This document shows positions 36,324 to 45,461 of a stretch of 47,688 bases of DNA, in pieces. Numbering within the stretch: position 1 is the first letter of the stretch; the number at the start of each line of letters is the position of its first letter. A program made the translations under genes and the position numbers. A model generated the notes under the pieces. The model ran no database searches, was not told the origin of the DNA, and was given only the letters and a program-made list of their open reading frames with translations. Source of the stretch: an uncultured bacterium (GTDB lineage Bacteria > UBP14 > UBA6098 > B30-G16); NCBI GenBank assembly GCA_965552135.1, contig CBEVQY010000023.1, positions 1 through 47,688 on the forward strand, given 5' to 3'.

Positions 36324-37469
36324 GTGCGCAGGGGGGGAGCGACACTTCTGATTTTCGTTGTGGTCGTTTCGGCGCAGGTCTCGAACTTCTTCTGGGCGCA
36401 GCAGGGAAGCACCTTCTGGTGCATTGAACCTTACGTATCCGACTCCTCCATAAGCCTTTTTTACGGATACGATATGATGTATTCGTCGTCCTCGTGGATA
36501 CCGTTTCAGGCTTACGACACAAGCTTTGTGTTTTTCTACCTGAACGAGCCGGCGTGCTCTTTGGGGCTTGTTTTCCTGCACGACCATCACGATGACGGCG
36601 ACGGCGGGAAGATGACGATATACTATGATTTTCCGCCCGAAGCCTACATTGCGGTGCGCGACGGTGAGGATCAGGACACTTTCGCCACTGATCACATATA
36701 CTGGCAGTGGCTCGACTGTTGCACCGACGGCGCAGCATTCAACGGCTTCCCGCTCGACTCGTGCTATCAGGCACAAATACAGATAACCTACATCGACACA
36801 AACGACGGCGGAGGGATCGACCACTGGATGCTTATATCCGGCAACTGCGACGAGTACATCGAGCTCGATACATCCCTTGCGCTTTTCTTGGGCGTTGCAA
36901 CAAGTGCGCCGAGCTTTGCCGCAGAGCCGGAGTCTCTTAGCATTGCCTGCCGGACTGAAGCGGGGGAGGTCACCGTCCGAAACGACTGGTGCTACGAACT
37001 GGGGCTCTCCGTTGTGGCAACGGAGGGCTGTTCGTGCGGTGTGTCGGATTTCACGCTCCCTCCGTATGCCGACACAACCCTGACGGTTTATGCGTTCGAT
37101 GAGTGCACGCTGAGGGTTTTCTCGCCTTTCCCCTGCGTCGACACGGTGGTTGTGCCGGTAAGCTGTTTGCCGTGCACCTTGGCGGCGCAGTTCGTTTGCC
37201 CAACAAGCTGCGACATCGCAACCTCATGCTCGCCCCAGGAGGTCGAGCTTGTGATATTCGACCCCACGGGCGCAAGCGCTCCGTGCGACACCTGCCTTTG
37301 GGGAAGAGTGTTTGTGGACATATCCCTCTACGACCTCGCGTCCCTTGTAGACAGCACCTTCTACGTCGGCGATACCCTGCATGTGCTTTTTTGGATCAGC
37401 GCCTCAAGCCGCATAGTGTTTATGCTCGACAGCGTGGCGAACACTGCGGGCTGCGTGGTGAGGTTCTGA
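36324..37469 (+). CDS. Secreted acidic Cys-rich hypothetical protein
   Basis: Signal peptide (..LLIFVVVVSA|Q), about 20 Cys, WLDCCTDG motif, Ig-like-looking middle. Start 36321 or 36324. Confidence 0.72.
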   Translation: MRRGGATLLIFVVVVSAQVSNFFWAQQGSTFWCIEPYVSDSSISLFYGYDMMYSSSSWIPFQAYDTSFVFFYLNEPACSLGLVFLHDHHDDGDGGKMTIYYDFPPEAYIAVRDGEDQDTFATDHIYWQWLDCCTDGAAFNGFPLDSCYQAQIQITYIDTNDGGGIDHWMLISGNCDEYIELDTSLALFLGVATSAPSFAAEPESLSIACRTEAGEVTVRNDWCYELGLSVVATEGCSCGVSDFTLPPYADTTLTVYAFDECTLRVFSPFPCVDTVVVPVSCLPCTLAAQFVCPTSCDIATSCSPQEVELVIFDPTGASAPCDTCLWGRVFVDISLYDLASLVDSTFYVGDTLHVLFWISASSRIVFMLDSVANTAGCVVRF

Positions 37470-37473
37470 GGGA

Positions 37474-38478
37474 TCAGGCGCTCCAGAGCTTCATAGCCTT
37501 TCGCACGAGCTTCATCGTTTCCTCGGCGCGCTGGCTTGCACGCTCCGCCCCTTCGGCGAGTATCCGACGGAGCTGCTCCCTGTCCGACAAAAGCTCCTTG
37601 CGCTTCTGCCTAAACGGCGCAAAGTGCTCTATTATCCGCTCCGCCAAAAGCTTTTTGCACTTAACGCACCCCCAGTCGCGGCTTCCCGACTCGCAGTCGG
37701 CTTTTATGCGCTCCGTCTCGTCCGGGGCATAAAGCCTAAGCAGCGCGTAGACCGGGCATTTGTCGGGATGTCCGGGGTCGCCGCGGTAAATCTTGGTGGG
37801 GTCGGTGAAGTAGCTCATAACGCGCTTGCGGACGACATCCGGCGGATCGCCCATGCAGATGTGGTTGTCGTACGACTTGCTCATCTTGCGGTTGTCGCAT
37901 CCGGGGATGTAGGGCGCCTCCGACAGGATCGCCTCGGGTTCGGGGAAGACGTCGCCGTAGAGGAAGTTGAACCTGCGCACGATCTCCCTCGCAAGCTCGA
38001 GGTGCGGAAGCTGATCCTTTCCGACGGGAACGCCCTGGGCGCGGTAGATTATTATGTCCGCGGTCTGGAGGAGCGGGTAGCCCAGAAATCCGTACGAATC
38101 GAGCCCGAGGCTCTCGACCTTCTCCTTGTAGGAGGGCACCCGCTCAAGCCACGGGATGGGAACGAGCATCGAGAGCAAAAGGTGCAGCTCGGCGTGTTGC
38201 TTCACGTCGGACTGGACGAAGATCACCGACTTTTCGGGATCCAGGCCCGATGCTATGTAGTCTGCCGCAACCTGGTAGATCCTCTCCACGAGGTCGGAGG
38301 TGTCCTTGTAGCACACAGTTAGTGCGTGCCAGTCGACGATTGTGAAGTAGGTTTCGTACTCTCCGCTATTTTGGAGACGCACCCAGTTTTTGAGGGCACC
38401 CTCGTAGTTGCCGAGGTGGAGCATGCCCGTGGGCTGCATCCCGGAAAGCAAAACCTTCTTGCCGGAACCCTCCGTCAT
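37474..38478 (-). CDS. trpS: Tryptophan--tRNA ligase
   Basis: SGMQPTG.LHLGNY, YPLLQTADI, VPVGKDQ.PH, KMSKS. Confidence 0.97.
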   Translation of the reverse strand: MTEGSGKKVLLSGMQPTGMLHLGNYEGALKNWVRLQNSGEYETYFTIVDWHALTVCYKDTSDLVERIYQVAADYIASGLDPEKSVIFVQSDVKQHAELHLLLSMLVPIPWLERVPSYKEKVESLGLDSYGFLGYPLLQTADIIIYRAQGVPVGKDQLPHLELAREIVRRFNFLYGDVFPEPEAILSEAPYIPGCDNRKMSKSYDNHICMGDPPDVVRKRVMSYFTDPTKIYRGDPGHPDKCPVYALLRLYAPDETERIKADCESGSRDWGCVKCKKLLAERIIEHFAPFRQKRKELLSDREQLRRILAEGAERASQRAEETMKLVRKAMKLWSA

Positions 38479-38491
38479 GGCGAACTCCCCT

Positions 38492-40036
38492 TCATCCTTC
38501 GAGCTTGGCGTCGAAAAGGGAGAGTATGTCGTCTATCTTCGACTTTGCCGAGTTGTCTGTTTCGGCGCGCTTTGGGCGATCCCTCACGAGTTCGACCTTT
38601 GCGCCCTTGCCGAAAGCCTTGCGGGCAACATCCTCCAAAAGACCGAAGCTTTCGGAGTTGACCAAAAGCTCCTCCCGCACAGTTTCAAGCGCCTCGGGGA
38701 AGTGGATTATGACCCTTCCGTCGTCGTATGTGATCTTGGTGTCCTTGAGGACGGCAGCCATGGCTTTTCTGCGGCTTCCCAGGAGGGCGAGGAATCGTTC
38801 GCGAGGGTCTTTGGGCAGGCTCTGGGGCACAGGCTGCGGCACCTCGATGTGATGCTCCGCCCTGGGCGCAGCCGAGCCCTTGGCGCCGTGCGTCGGGAAA
38901 AGCTCACCTGCTCCAGCCTCAACCACCCCCTCGACTATCGACGCTATGTCGACCGCGCTGCGCAAAAGGGAGAGGTAGATCAGGGTTTCCTCAAGCAGGT
39001 ATCTTGGCGTTTCGCTTCTCCGCATGCGCGCGTGCGCGTCGGTGAGGAGCTTCGTTATCCGCAGGAGGTCCTCCAGCGAGCGTTCCTGCGCAGCCTGGGC
39101 GTATATCTCCCTGTTTGGGAAGTCCTCGGGCAGCGCGCCCGATTTGGCGAGCAGAGCGTTTCGGAAGTGCTCGATCAGACCCTTCGCCACCTGGAGCGGG
39201 TCTATTCCCGCTTCGAGGAGCTTTTCGAGCTCAAGAAGAACCGTCTTAGGCTCGCCGCTGCCTATGGCGCGTGATATCGCCATAAACGCCTGTGCGGGCA
39301 CAACGCCCAAAAGCCTTGCGACGACGTCGACGGAGATCTCCCCCTCAGGCTCGACGGCGAGGACCTGGTCGAGCATCGAGAGAGCGTCCCTCATCGATCC
39401 CTCGGCGTGAACGGCGATGAAGTCGGCTGCCTCGGGCGATATGCTGAAGCCCTCCGCCTCGGCTATCGCCTTCACCCGCTGCGAGATGAGCCCAGGCGAA
39501 ATCAGCCTGAAGTCGAACCTTTGGCAGCGGGAGAGGATAGTTAGCGGTACGGCGTTCGGCTCGGTGGTGGCGAATATGAACACCACGTTTGCGGGCGGCT
39601 CCTCAAGCGTTTTGAGCAGCGAGTTGAAAGCCTCGCGGGTGAGCATGTGCACTTCGTCGATGATGACGACCTTATATCGCCCCGCGGTGGCGTATTGGAT
39701 GTGCGTTTGCAGTTCGCGTGCGTCGTCGATGCCGCGGTGGGAGGCGCCGTCGATCTCAAGCACATCCGGCGACCTGCCCTCAGTTATCTCCACGCACGAG
39801 GTGCACTTATTGCACGGCGTTGGCGTTGGTTTTTCGTGGCTTTGGCAGTTGAGGGCTTTTGCCAGAATCCTTGCGGTTGTGGTTTTCCCGACGCCGCGCG
39901 GACCCGCAAAGAGGTAGGCGTGCGCTATACGCCCCGCCGATATGGCGCGGCGAAGCGTCTCGGTCACGTGGCCCTGACCCACAACGTCCTCAAACACCTG
40001 CGGACGCCACTTCCTCGCAAGAACCAGGTACGACAC
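38492..40036 (-). CDS. dnaX: DNA polymerase III subunit gamma/tau
   Basis: YLVLARKWRP, GPRGVGKTT, Zn-binding Cys residues, IIDEVHML, KTLEEPP, SRCQRF; GTG start after GGAGGTGG. Confidence 0.96.
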   Translation of the reverse strand: MSYLVLARKWRPQVFEDVVGQGHVTETLRRAISAGRIAHAYLFAGPRGVGKTTTARILAKALNCQSHEKPTPTPCNKCTSCVEITEGRSPDVLEIDGASHRGIDDARELQTHIQYATAGRYKVVIIDEVHMLTREAFNSLLKTLEEPPANVVFIFATTEPNAVPLTILSRCQRFDFRLISPGLISQRVKAIAEAEGFSISPEAADFIAVHAEGSMRDALSMLDQVLAVEPEGEISVDVVARLLGVVPAQAFMAISRAIGSGEPKTVLLELEKLLEAGIDPLQVAKGLIEHFRNALLAKSGALPEDFPNREIYAQAAQERSLEDLLRITKLLTDAHARMRRSETPRYLLEETLIYLSLLRSAVDIASIVEGVVEAGAGELFPTHGAKGSAAPRAEHHIEVPQPVPQSLPKDPRERFLALLGSRRKAMAAVLKDTKITYDDGRVIIHFPEALETVREELLVNSESFGLLEDVARKAFGKGAKVELVRDRPKRAETDNSAKSKIDDILSLFDAKLEG

Positions 40037-40105
40037 CTGCTCCACCTCCCGCCAAGAAGATAACGGCGCCTCCGAGGTGCGCAAGAAGTTTTGCCGAAAG
40101 CGGGG

Positions 40106-40492
40106 CTAAAGGGACTCGCCCTCCTCTTCGGTCTCCTCGGACTTTCCGCGCTTCCTGAGGTGAGAGAGCTTCTCCATGATGTTCGGTATAAGCTCCACAA
40201 GCGATCCCACAGCCTTCTGCTTGACGGGCAAAAACGCCGTCTTCTCGCCCTCGATCACGATGAACCCAACGGGCTGTATGGAGAATCCTCCACCGCCGCC
40301 ACCGCCGCCTGCGCTCTTTTTGTCGTTTTCGGCGGCTTCGCTGCCACCAGCGCCAAAGCCCACCGATATCTTCACCACGGGTATAACGGTCTTTTCACCC
40401 ACCTGCACGGGCTCGCCCAAAACCGTCTGCGCACGAGCCATGCTCTCAATGCGGCTCAGAATGCTGTCAAATATGGACGACACCAACGGCAT
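40106..40492 (-). CDS. GerW/YtfJ family protein
   Basis: TVLGEPV..G.KTVIPV.KISVGFGAGG, poly-Gly GGGGGGG, PVGFIVI. Confidence 0.85.
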   Translation of the reverse strand: MPLVSSIFDSILSRIESMARAQTVLGEPVQVGEKTVIPVVKISVGFGAGGSEAAENDKKSAGGGGGGGGFSIQPVGFIVIEGEKTAFLPVKQKAVGSLVELIPNIMEKLSHLRKRGKSEETEEEGESL

Positions 40493-41111
40493 CGCTCACC
40501 TCCTTGCTTTGTGCCCTAAGCCTTTTGATGAATTTCCACAGCCTTCGCTTCGGCAAATGCACCGCAAGTCGCAAAAGCGCCCAAAGAAGCCTGTATGGTC
40601 GCACGCTTATTCTCACTCTTCCCCAAACCTCTGCCGAGTCCTCGAAAGCTTCGAAGTCGGGGATTACGTTGATCTGCGCCCTGTTTCGCAGAGCCTGAGC
40701 GGCGGTGTACGCCGTCGCAGAAAGCGTCCCAAGCGCAAAAGGATCGGAGGATGAGATGCGCAGCCAAAGCTCGGCGACGTCGCTGCGGAGCGAGCCGAGA
40801 AGGTCGAAAACAAACCGCACAAGGCACCTTAGGACCTCGGCGAAAAGCTCCTTTTCCCTCCAAAGCGTTTTGAGTGGGATTCGGGTTTTGGCACGTCCCC
40901 GTCTGGGGGGCTTTTCGCGCCTGGGAGCCGTTGCCTTTGGGCGCTCGGCTCTGTCGGGGGGCTTTTTGCGAGGCTCAAGCCTCACAAAAAGCCACCTTGC
41001 GCTCCACCTTGAGCTTTGACCGCGCAGCCTCCTCCACTCAAGCTTGAGGGGCGCGGTCAGGGCAAAGGCAACCACGACCAAAAGGACGGCTGTAAGAAGA
41101 ACCACCATCAT
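40467..41111 (-). CDS. DUF2953 (YtfI-like) protein
   Basis: N-terminal TM, DPFALG, INVIPDF; usual position upstream of ytfJ/gerW. Confidence 0.68.
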   Translation of the reverse strand: MMVVLLTAVLLVVVAFALTAPLKLEWRRLRGQSSRWSARWLFVRLEPRKKPPDRAERPKATAPRREKPPRRGRAKTRIPLKTLWREKELFAEVLRCLVRFVFDLLGSLRSDVAELWLRISSSDPFALGTLSATAYTAAQALRNRAQINVIPDFEAFEDSAEVWGRVRISVRPYRLLWALLRLAVHLPKRRLWKFIKRLRAQSKEVSDAVGVVHI

Positions 41112-41755
41112 ACCCTGTTTTCCCCGCGGAGCTCGGGGAAACGCTCGAACAGCGTCTTCTGGACCCTTTCTCCTATTTCGCTGGGCGGCAGCATGCCGTC
41201 TATAACGATGAAGCGCTGCGGCTCAAGCTCTGCGATCTGCAGATAGCCTTCCCGCACCTTCTCGAGGAACTTTCCGCCCTCGACCTCGAGCCTATCGAGT
41301 GTTTTGCCCTGAAGCGTCATTCTGCGCGCTGCCTCGTGCGGCGGTATGTCGAGGAAGAAGGTCACATCGGGCCGTAGCCCGCCCGTCGCAAAAAGCGACA
41401 TCTCCATCACCTTCCCGATCCCAAGACCCCTCGCCACGCCCTGGTAGGCGACGGAAGAGTCGGTGAACCTGTCGGATATGACCCATCTTCCCGCCTCAAG
41501 CGCAGGTCGGATAAGCTTTTGCGTGTGCTGTGCGCGTGAGGCGAGGTAGAGGAAGAGCTCCGCCCTGGCGCAAAGCCCGATGTTGTCTCTGTCGAGGAGT
41601 ATGTTTCTTATTTTTTCCGCCACCGCTGTTCCGCCGGGCTCGCGCGTTAGGACCACCCCAAGCCCGCGGCTGCGCAAAAACTCGAGCAAAAGCTTCGCCT
41701 GCGTCGTCTTCCCGCTGCCGTCTATGCCCTCGAATGTTATGAACCTGCCGCGCAC
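41108..41755 (-). CDS. tmk: Thymidylate kinase
   Basis: FITFEGIDGSGKTTQ, TREPGG, SDRF..SS.AYQG. Confidence 0.96.
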   Translation of the reverse strand: MRGRFITFEGIDGSGKTTQAKLLLEFLRSRGLGVVLTREPGGTAVAEKIRNILLDRDNIGLCARAELFLYLASRAQHTQKLIRPALEAGRWVISDRFTDSSVAYQGVARGLGIGKVMEMSLFATGGLRPDVTFFLDIPPHEAARRMTLQGKTLDRLEVEGGKFLEKVREGYLQIAELEPQRFIVIDGMLPPSEIGERVQKTLFERFPELRGENRV

Positions 41756-41781
41756 AAGCCCTCCCTGCGGCGCCGAATTTC

Positions 41782-41810
41782 AAAATAAGGGCTTGCGGGC
41801 GTTGTTGCAA
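41782..41810 (-). promoter_or_regulatory. Putative sigma-70 promoter of the tmk operon
   Basis: Minus strand TTGCAA-N17-TATTTT. Confidence 0.5.
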
Positions 41811-41828
41811 GGGATGAAAAGTCTTTTG

Positions 41829-41944
41829 TGCACCGCGCGGAACACCAGATGTACCGCGGGGAACGCGGTGTGCGCAGACGACGTGCCCCGGTTGCCCAAA
41901 GCTCGCTTCGGCTGCGCGGTGCCGCGTTTGGCACGGAAGTTGTA
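41829..41944 (+). promoter_or_regulatory. Sigma-54-like promoter with tandem candidate upstream activator sites
   Basis: TGGCACGGAAGTTGTA at 41929-41944 (GT instead of GC at -12); upstream 16-mers TGCACCGCGCGGAACA (41829) and TGTACCGCGGGGAACG (41850) spaced 21 bp apart. Confidence 0.45.
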
Positions 41945-41983
41945 ACAAATAGCGTGGGCAGCGAACCAAAAAGGAGGTGGGTG

Positions 41984-42808
41984 ATGAAGAGGCTTTCGGT
42001 CGTCGCGGCAATCTTTGCGCTTGCACTGTTCTGGGGCTGCTCCAAGGAGGGCGAAAGCCTAAGCGACAGGGATGCGATCCTTGCGGCGATCAACGGTGAG
42101 TACTCAGCCTACTTCGGCGTTTCGGATGCTTTTTCTGCGGACGATGAGGAGCTTTTGCGCGCGCTCGCGCCCGAGGATGTGCTCGACTCGGTGGTTTGCT
42201 GGCGGTACGTCGACAGGGAGTTTTCGCGAACGATCTCGGTCGACGTTGTCGACGACAGCGCCACCGTCGTTGTCAGCCGCACTCTTTCGGCGACTGCCCG
42301 CTACCGCGGCTTTGTGGGCGATAGCCTTGTTGTCTCCGAGCGTCCTGTGAGCTTCGAGGGGACGCGAACGGCGGTCTTCGTCCGTAGAGATGGCAGGTGG
42401 CAGCTCGTCGCCATATCGCCGGCAAGGCTTCTGACCTCACCTTCCACCGTGGGCATCGACTCCGTCGTCGCCGTGAACAGGACCACGGGCGAGCGATTCG
42501 TCATCGACGACCCCGAGCGCCTCTTCCCCGTGGACTCCATCTTCACCGTCGCGCCCGATGATACCTTCGATGTCTACGCCTACACCGCCACGGAGTCCTT
42601 TGTCCTTTTCCGTCATCCGCGCGGTGGTGGTTATGGTCGCGTAAGGATGGAGCGTGACGGCGAGCGCGGGCACCGTCACGGCGTCAGGACGGATGCGCCC
42701 CGCGGCGTAGGACACATCGTCGTGGATGCGGTCACAGCGTCATCCGCGCTCGACACCGAGGCGGAGCACGACGGCGAGATTTGGGCGATGTGCTTCAGGA
42801 TCGAGTAG
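41984..42808 (+). CDS. Hypothetical lipoprotein
   Basis: AAGGAGGT RBS; MKRLSVVAAIFALALFWGC lipobox; beta-rich body. Confidence 0.8.
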   Translation: MKRLSVVAAIFALALFWGCSKEGESLSDRDAILAAINGEYSAYFGVSDAFSADDEELLRALAPEDVLDSVVCWRYVDREFSRTISVDVVDDSATVVVSRTLSATARYRGFVGDSLVVSERPVSFEGTRTAVFVRRDGRWQLVAISPARLLTSPSTVGIDSVVAVNRTTGERFVIDDPERLFPVDSIFTVAPDDTFDVYAYTATESFVLFRHPRGGGYGRVRMERDGERGHRHGVRTDAPRGVGHIVVDAVTASSALDTEAEHDGEIWAMCFRIE

Positions 42809-43568
42809 GCTCGCTCCCCCTTCCCCCCTGCGCAGCCCCCGACTGCGTCGGGGGCTTTTTGGTTGCGTAGGCGCGCAGAAGTGCCAGCACCCTTGGGGAG
42901 AGCACGCGAACGCCCCCGGGCGGAAGGTCGTCGGCGCTTACGCCGCCAAAGCTCTCCCGGTGCAGGGACACAACGGCAAAGCCCATAGCCGAAAAGATCC
43001 TGCGCACCTCACGCCATCTCCCCTCGAAGAGCTCGAGCCTAACCCTCCTGCCTTCGATCTCAACGGCGCCGAGCTTCACCTCCCTTCCGTCGAGCATTGG
43101 TCCGCGGCGGAGGAGCTCCTCGGCGTCCGGCGAAAGCGGCTCGGAGAGCACAACCCTATATACTCTTGGCGCGTTGCTGCGCATAAGCGCGTTTGCGAGC
43201 GAGCCGTCGTCGGTGAGGATGAGCGTGCCGCTTGTGCCCACGTCGAGCCTGCCGACGTACGAAAGCGCGCGGAACCTTTCGGGCAAAAGCTCGAAGATCG
43301 TCCTGTGACCGCGGCGCGAGCAGATGTAGCCCACAGGCTTGTTCATAACGATGTACGTGTGTGGTCCTCTTCGCTCTGCGAGGGGTTTTCCGTCGATTGC
43401 AACGAGCTGTCCGGGCACAACGAGCATGCCGGGCTTTGCGGCTTTGCCGTCTACGGTGACCCTGCCCGCGCGGATAAGCTCGTCCGCCGCACGGCGAGAG
43501 ATGCCCGCGTTGCGCTGAATGTAGCGGTTGAGCCTTATCGCCGACCTTTTGCCCGAGGCGTCGATCAT
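42795..43568 (-). CDS. RsuA/RluB-family rRNA pseudouridine synthase
   Basis: S4 domain RLNRYI...SRRAADELI..GRV, NKPVG, catalytic VGRLD, EGR.REVRR. Confidence 0.9.
   Translation of the reverse strand: MIDASGKRSAIRLNRYIQRNAGISRRAADELIRAGRVTVDGKAAKPGMLVVPGQLVAIDGKPLAERRGPHTYIVMNKPVGYICSRRGHRTIFELLPERFRALSYVGRLDVGTSGTLILTDDGSLANALMRSNAPRVYRVVLSEPLSPDAEELLRRGPMLDGREVKLGAVEIEGRRVRLELFEGRWREVRRIFSAMGFAVVSLHRESFGGVSADDLPPGGVRVLSPRVLALLRAYATKKPPTQSGAAQGGRGSEPTRS
42834..42860 (+). terminator. Rho-independent terminator of the lipoprotein gene
   Basis: AGCCCCCGAC-TGC-GTCGGGGGCT 10-bp stem followed by TTTT, 26 nt after the stop. Confidence 0.75.
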
Positions 43569-44392
43569 CCCAAAAGCGCGCCTTCTATGTAGCTCATCGC
43601 CCTCTCGATCCCGTCTCCGACGAGGTCGGGTTTGTGGGCGTCGGAGCCTATTGCGCCGATCGTCGTTCCGGCGCGCACGAGCGCGCGGATGATGTGCGCT
43701 GCGGGGTATGGCGCGGCAAGTCCCTTCCGCCAGCCCGATGTGTTCACCTCGAAGGCGGCGCCGGCGTCGGCAAGGGCGGAAGCCACACGCGGCAAATGCT
43801 CGCGCTCAAGCTCCTCGCAAAGCCACAATCCCCATATGCGGGCGAGGTACTTCTTGTACCCGTCGATGTGACCGATGACGGAGAAAAGCCCGCTTCGCGC
43901 CGCCGATACAACGACGTCGTAGTAGCGCTTGACGAACTCGTGCGGGGCAAAGACCCTCGCAACGCTTGCCACAAACTTGCGCGAGGTTATCTCAAGGCTG
44001 TCTATCGAGTGAACCGAGCCTATCGTGAAATCCGGACGGAAGGCTTCGATGAAGTCCCTGATCCTGTCCTCGTAGTGCGGCTCGTAGGAGAACTCGAACC
44101 CAGCGACGATCTCGATTTCGTCTGCGTGTTTGCGCCTCGCAGCCTCGACCGCCTGAAGGTAAAGCTCTATGTGTTCCCTCCTCAGGCGCCGCCAGAAACC
44201 TCCCACGCGGACGAACATATCGCAAGCCTCCCTGCGGGGATCGAGGTCGACGTGGGTGGTGAAGCATATCCGCCTGAGTCCTCGCCTTTTGGCCTCTGCA
44301 ACGAATTCCTCAACATCGCCCCTCGCGTCGACGGAGAAGTCCGGGTGCAGGTGGCAGTCGGCAGAGGCAAGCTTGTCGTCCAGGGCGATCAT
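43565..44392 (-). CDS. HisJ-family histidinol-phosphatase-like PHP hydrolase
   Basis: DCHLH..FS.D, FTTH, GSVH, GHID, EVNTSG, GSDAH; ATG 44392 overlaps the upstream stop. Confidence 0.82.
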   Translation of the reverse strand: MIALDDKLASADCHLHPDFSVDARGDVEEFVAEAKRRGLRRICFTTHVDLDPRREACDMFVRVGGFWRRLRREHIELYLQAVEAARRKHADEIEIVAGFEFSYEPHYEDRIRDFIEAFRPDFTIGSVHSIDSLEITSRKFVASVARVFAPHEFVKRYYDVVVSAARSGLFSVIGHIDGYKKYLARIWGLWLCEELEREHLPRVASALADAGAAFEVNTSGWRKGLAAPYPAAHIIRALVRAGTTIGAIGSDAHKPDLVGDGIERAMSYIEGALLG

Positions 44393-45459
44393 CGTCCTCC
44401 CTCCCTCGCTGCCTTCGGGAAGTCCCCGGGCGGAAAGAGGTAGATGTGGTTCGAGAATATCCATCCCCTTCCCCTTCTCCATAGCTCGACGCGGTATGCG
44501 CCCTTTTCGCGGCATTCGAACGTCGCGCTGCGCCCCAGCCTACGGTCCACCCGCTTGCCGTCCCTGACGAGGATTATCTCCGCGGGCTCGGGCGCCTCAA
44601 CGACGAAGCGCACGCCGTCGCCGGGGTCGAGTTGATCTCCGATGGTGCCCCTCTGTGTGTCTCCTATCGCCCACAGCCTGAAACCACGACCATCGCCCCA
44701 CCGGTAGTTGCAGATGAAGGCTCGGCATCGCCTCATGGCGGAGAGGACCTGGTTCTGCGCACGGTCGAAGTCCTGTGAGAGGGGCTCCTCAAGCAGGATG
44801 TGCGTCCTAAGCGAGCAAAGCTCGACGCGGTAGGGGAAGATCGTCTTCCAGAACGGACCGAATATTCTGTATCGGTATCCGTGTGCGTCGGCGGCGGCTA
44901 CGCCGAGAACCTTTCTTCTCTGGGCTATCTCGTCCCAGCGGCGCAGCGTTGCGCGCGGAGGAGAAACAAGGAGCCGACGCGGGCTTATTATGTATCTGAG
45001 TCTTCTGCCGTCGGCTATGCCCTCAAGCCAGGCAGACATGTGGTTCCAGATCTCGATCCCGTCGAACTCGTCGACCGACCACTCCGTCCACGGCAGGGGC
45101 GGGTACTTGGGGAAGTTTCGCCTTTCGTCGGGGTGTGCGATTATCCCAAGCGCTCCCAAGATTCGTGCCTGCCGCACGTACTCGGCGGGCGAAAGCTCCG
45201 CGCCAAGGGGCTCGTCCAAACCGAAGATGAGGTAGTGGTTCCTCTCGTTTTGGTCCTCGTGCTCGTAGCCAACCAGAACAAGCGTTTCGCCGTACCAGCC
45301 CTCCTTGCGCTTCCCCGAAAGGGTCATGTGGTCGGAGAACATAAGGAAGTCGATCCCGTAACGCTGAGCGAGGCGGATTATCTGCTCGTGGCTTTTGGTG
45401 CCGTCGGAGTCGGTTGTGTGGATGTGTATCACGCCGACGTATTCGAAAAGCTTGCCCAT
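44389..45459 (-). CDS. PHP-domain (CehA/McbA-like) metallohydrolase
   Basis: GVIHIHT..SDG, SDH, AHP, GIEIWN, DAH; C-terminal GAYRVE..WIFSNHIY. Confidence 0.8.
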   Translation of the reverse strand: MGKLFEYVGVIHIHTTDSDGTKSHEQIIRLAQRYGIDFLMFSDHMTLSGKRKEGWYGETLVLVGYEHEDQNERNHYLIFGLDEPLGAELSPAEYVRQARILGALGIIAHPDERRNFPKYPPLPWTEWSVDEFDGIEIWNHMSAWLEGIADGRRLRYIISPRRLLVSPPRATLRRWDEIAQRRKVLGVAAADAHGYRYRIFGPFWKTIFPYRVELCSLRTHILLEEPLSQDFDRAQNQVLSAMRRCRAFICNYRWGDGRGFRLWAIGDTQRGTIGDQLDPGDGVRFVVEAPEPAEIILVRDGKRVDRRLGRSATFECREKGAYRVELWRRGRGWIFSNHIYLFPPGDFPKAAREGGR

Positions 45460-45461
45460 CC

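Noticed and set aside
40037..40105. SRP RNA (ffs), often found upstream of dnaX
   Set aside because: No GGAA-tetraloop/AGCAG SRP helix-8 motif in this 69-nt gap.
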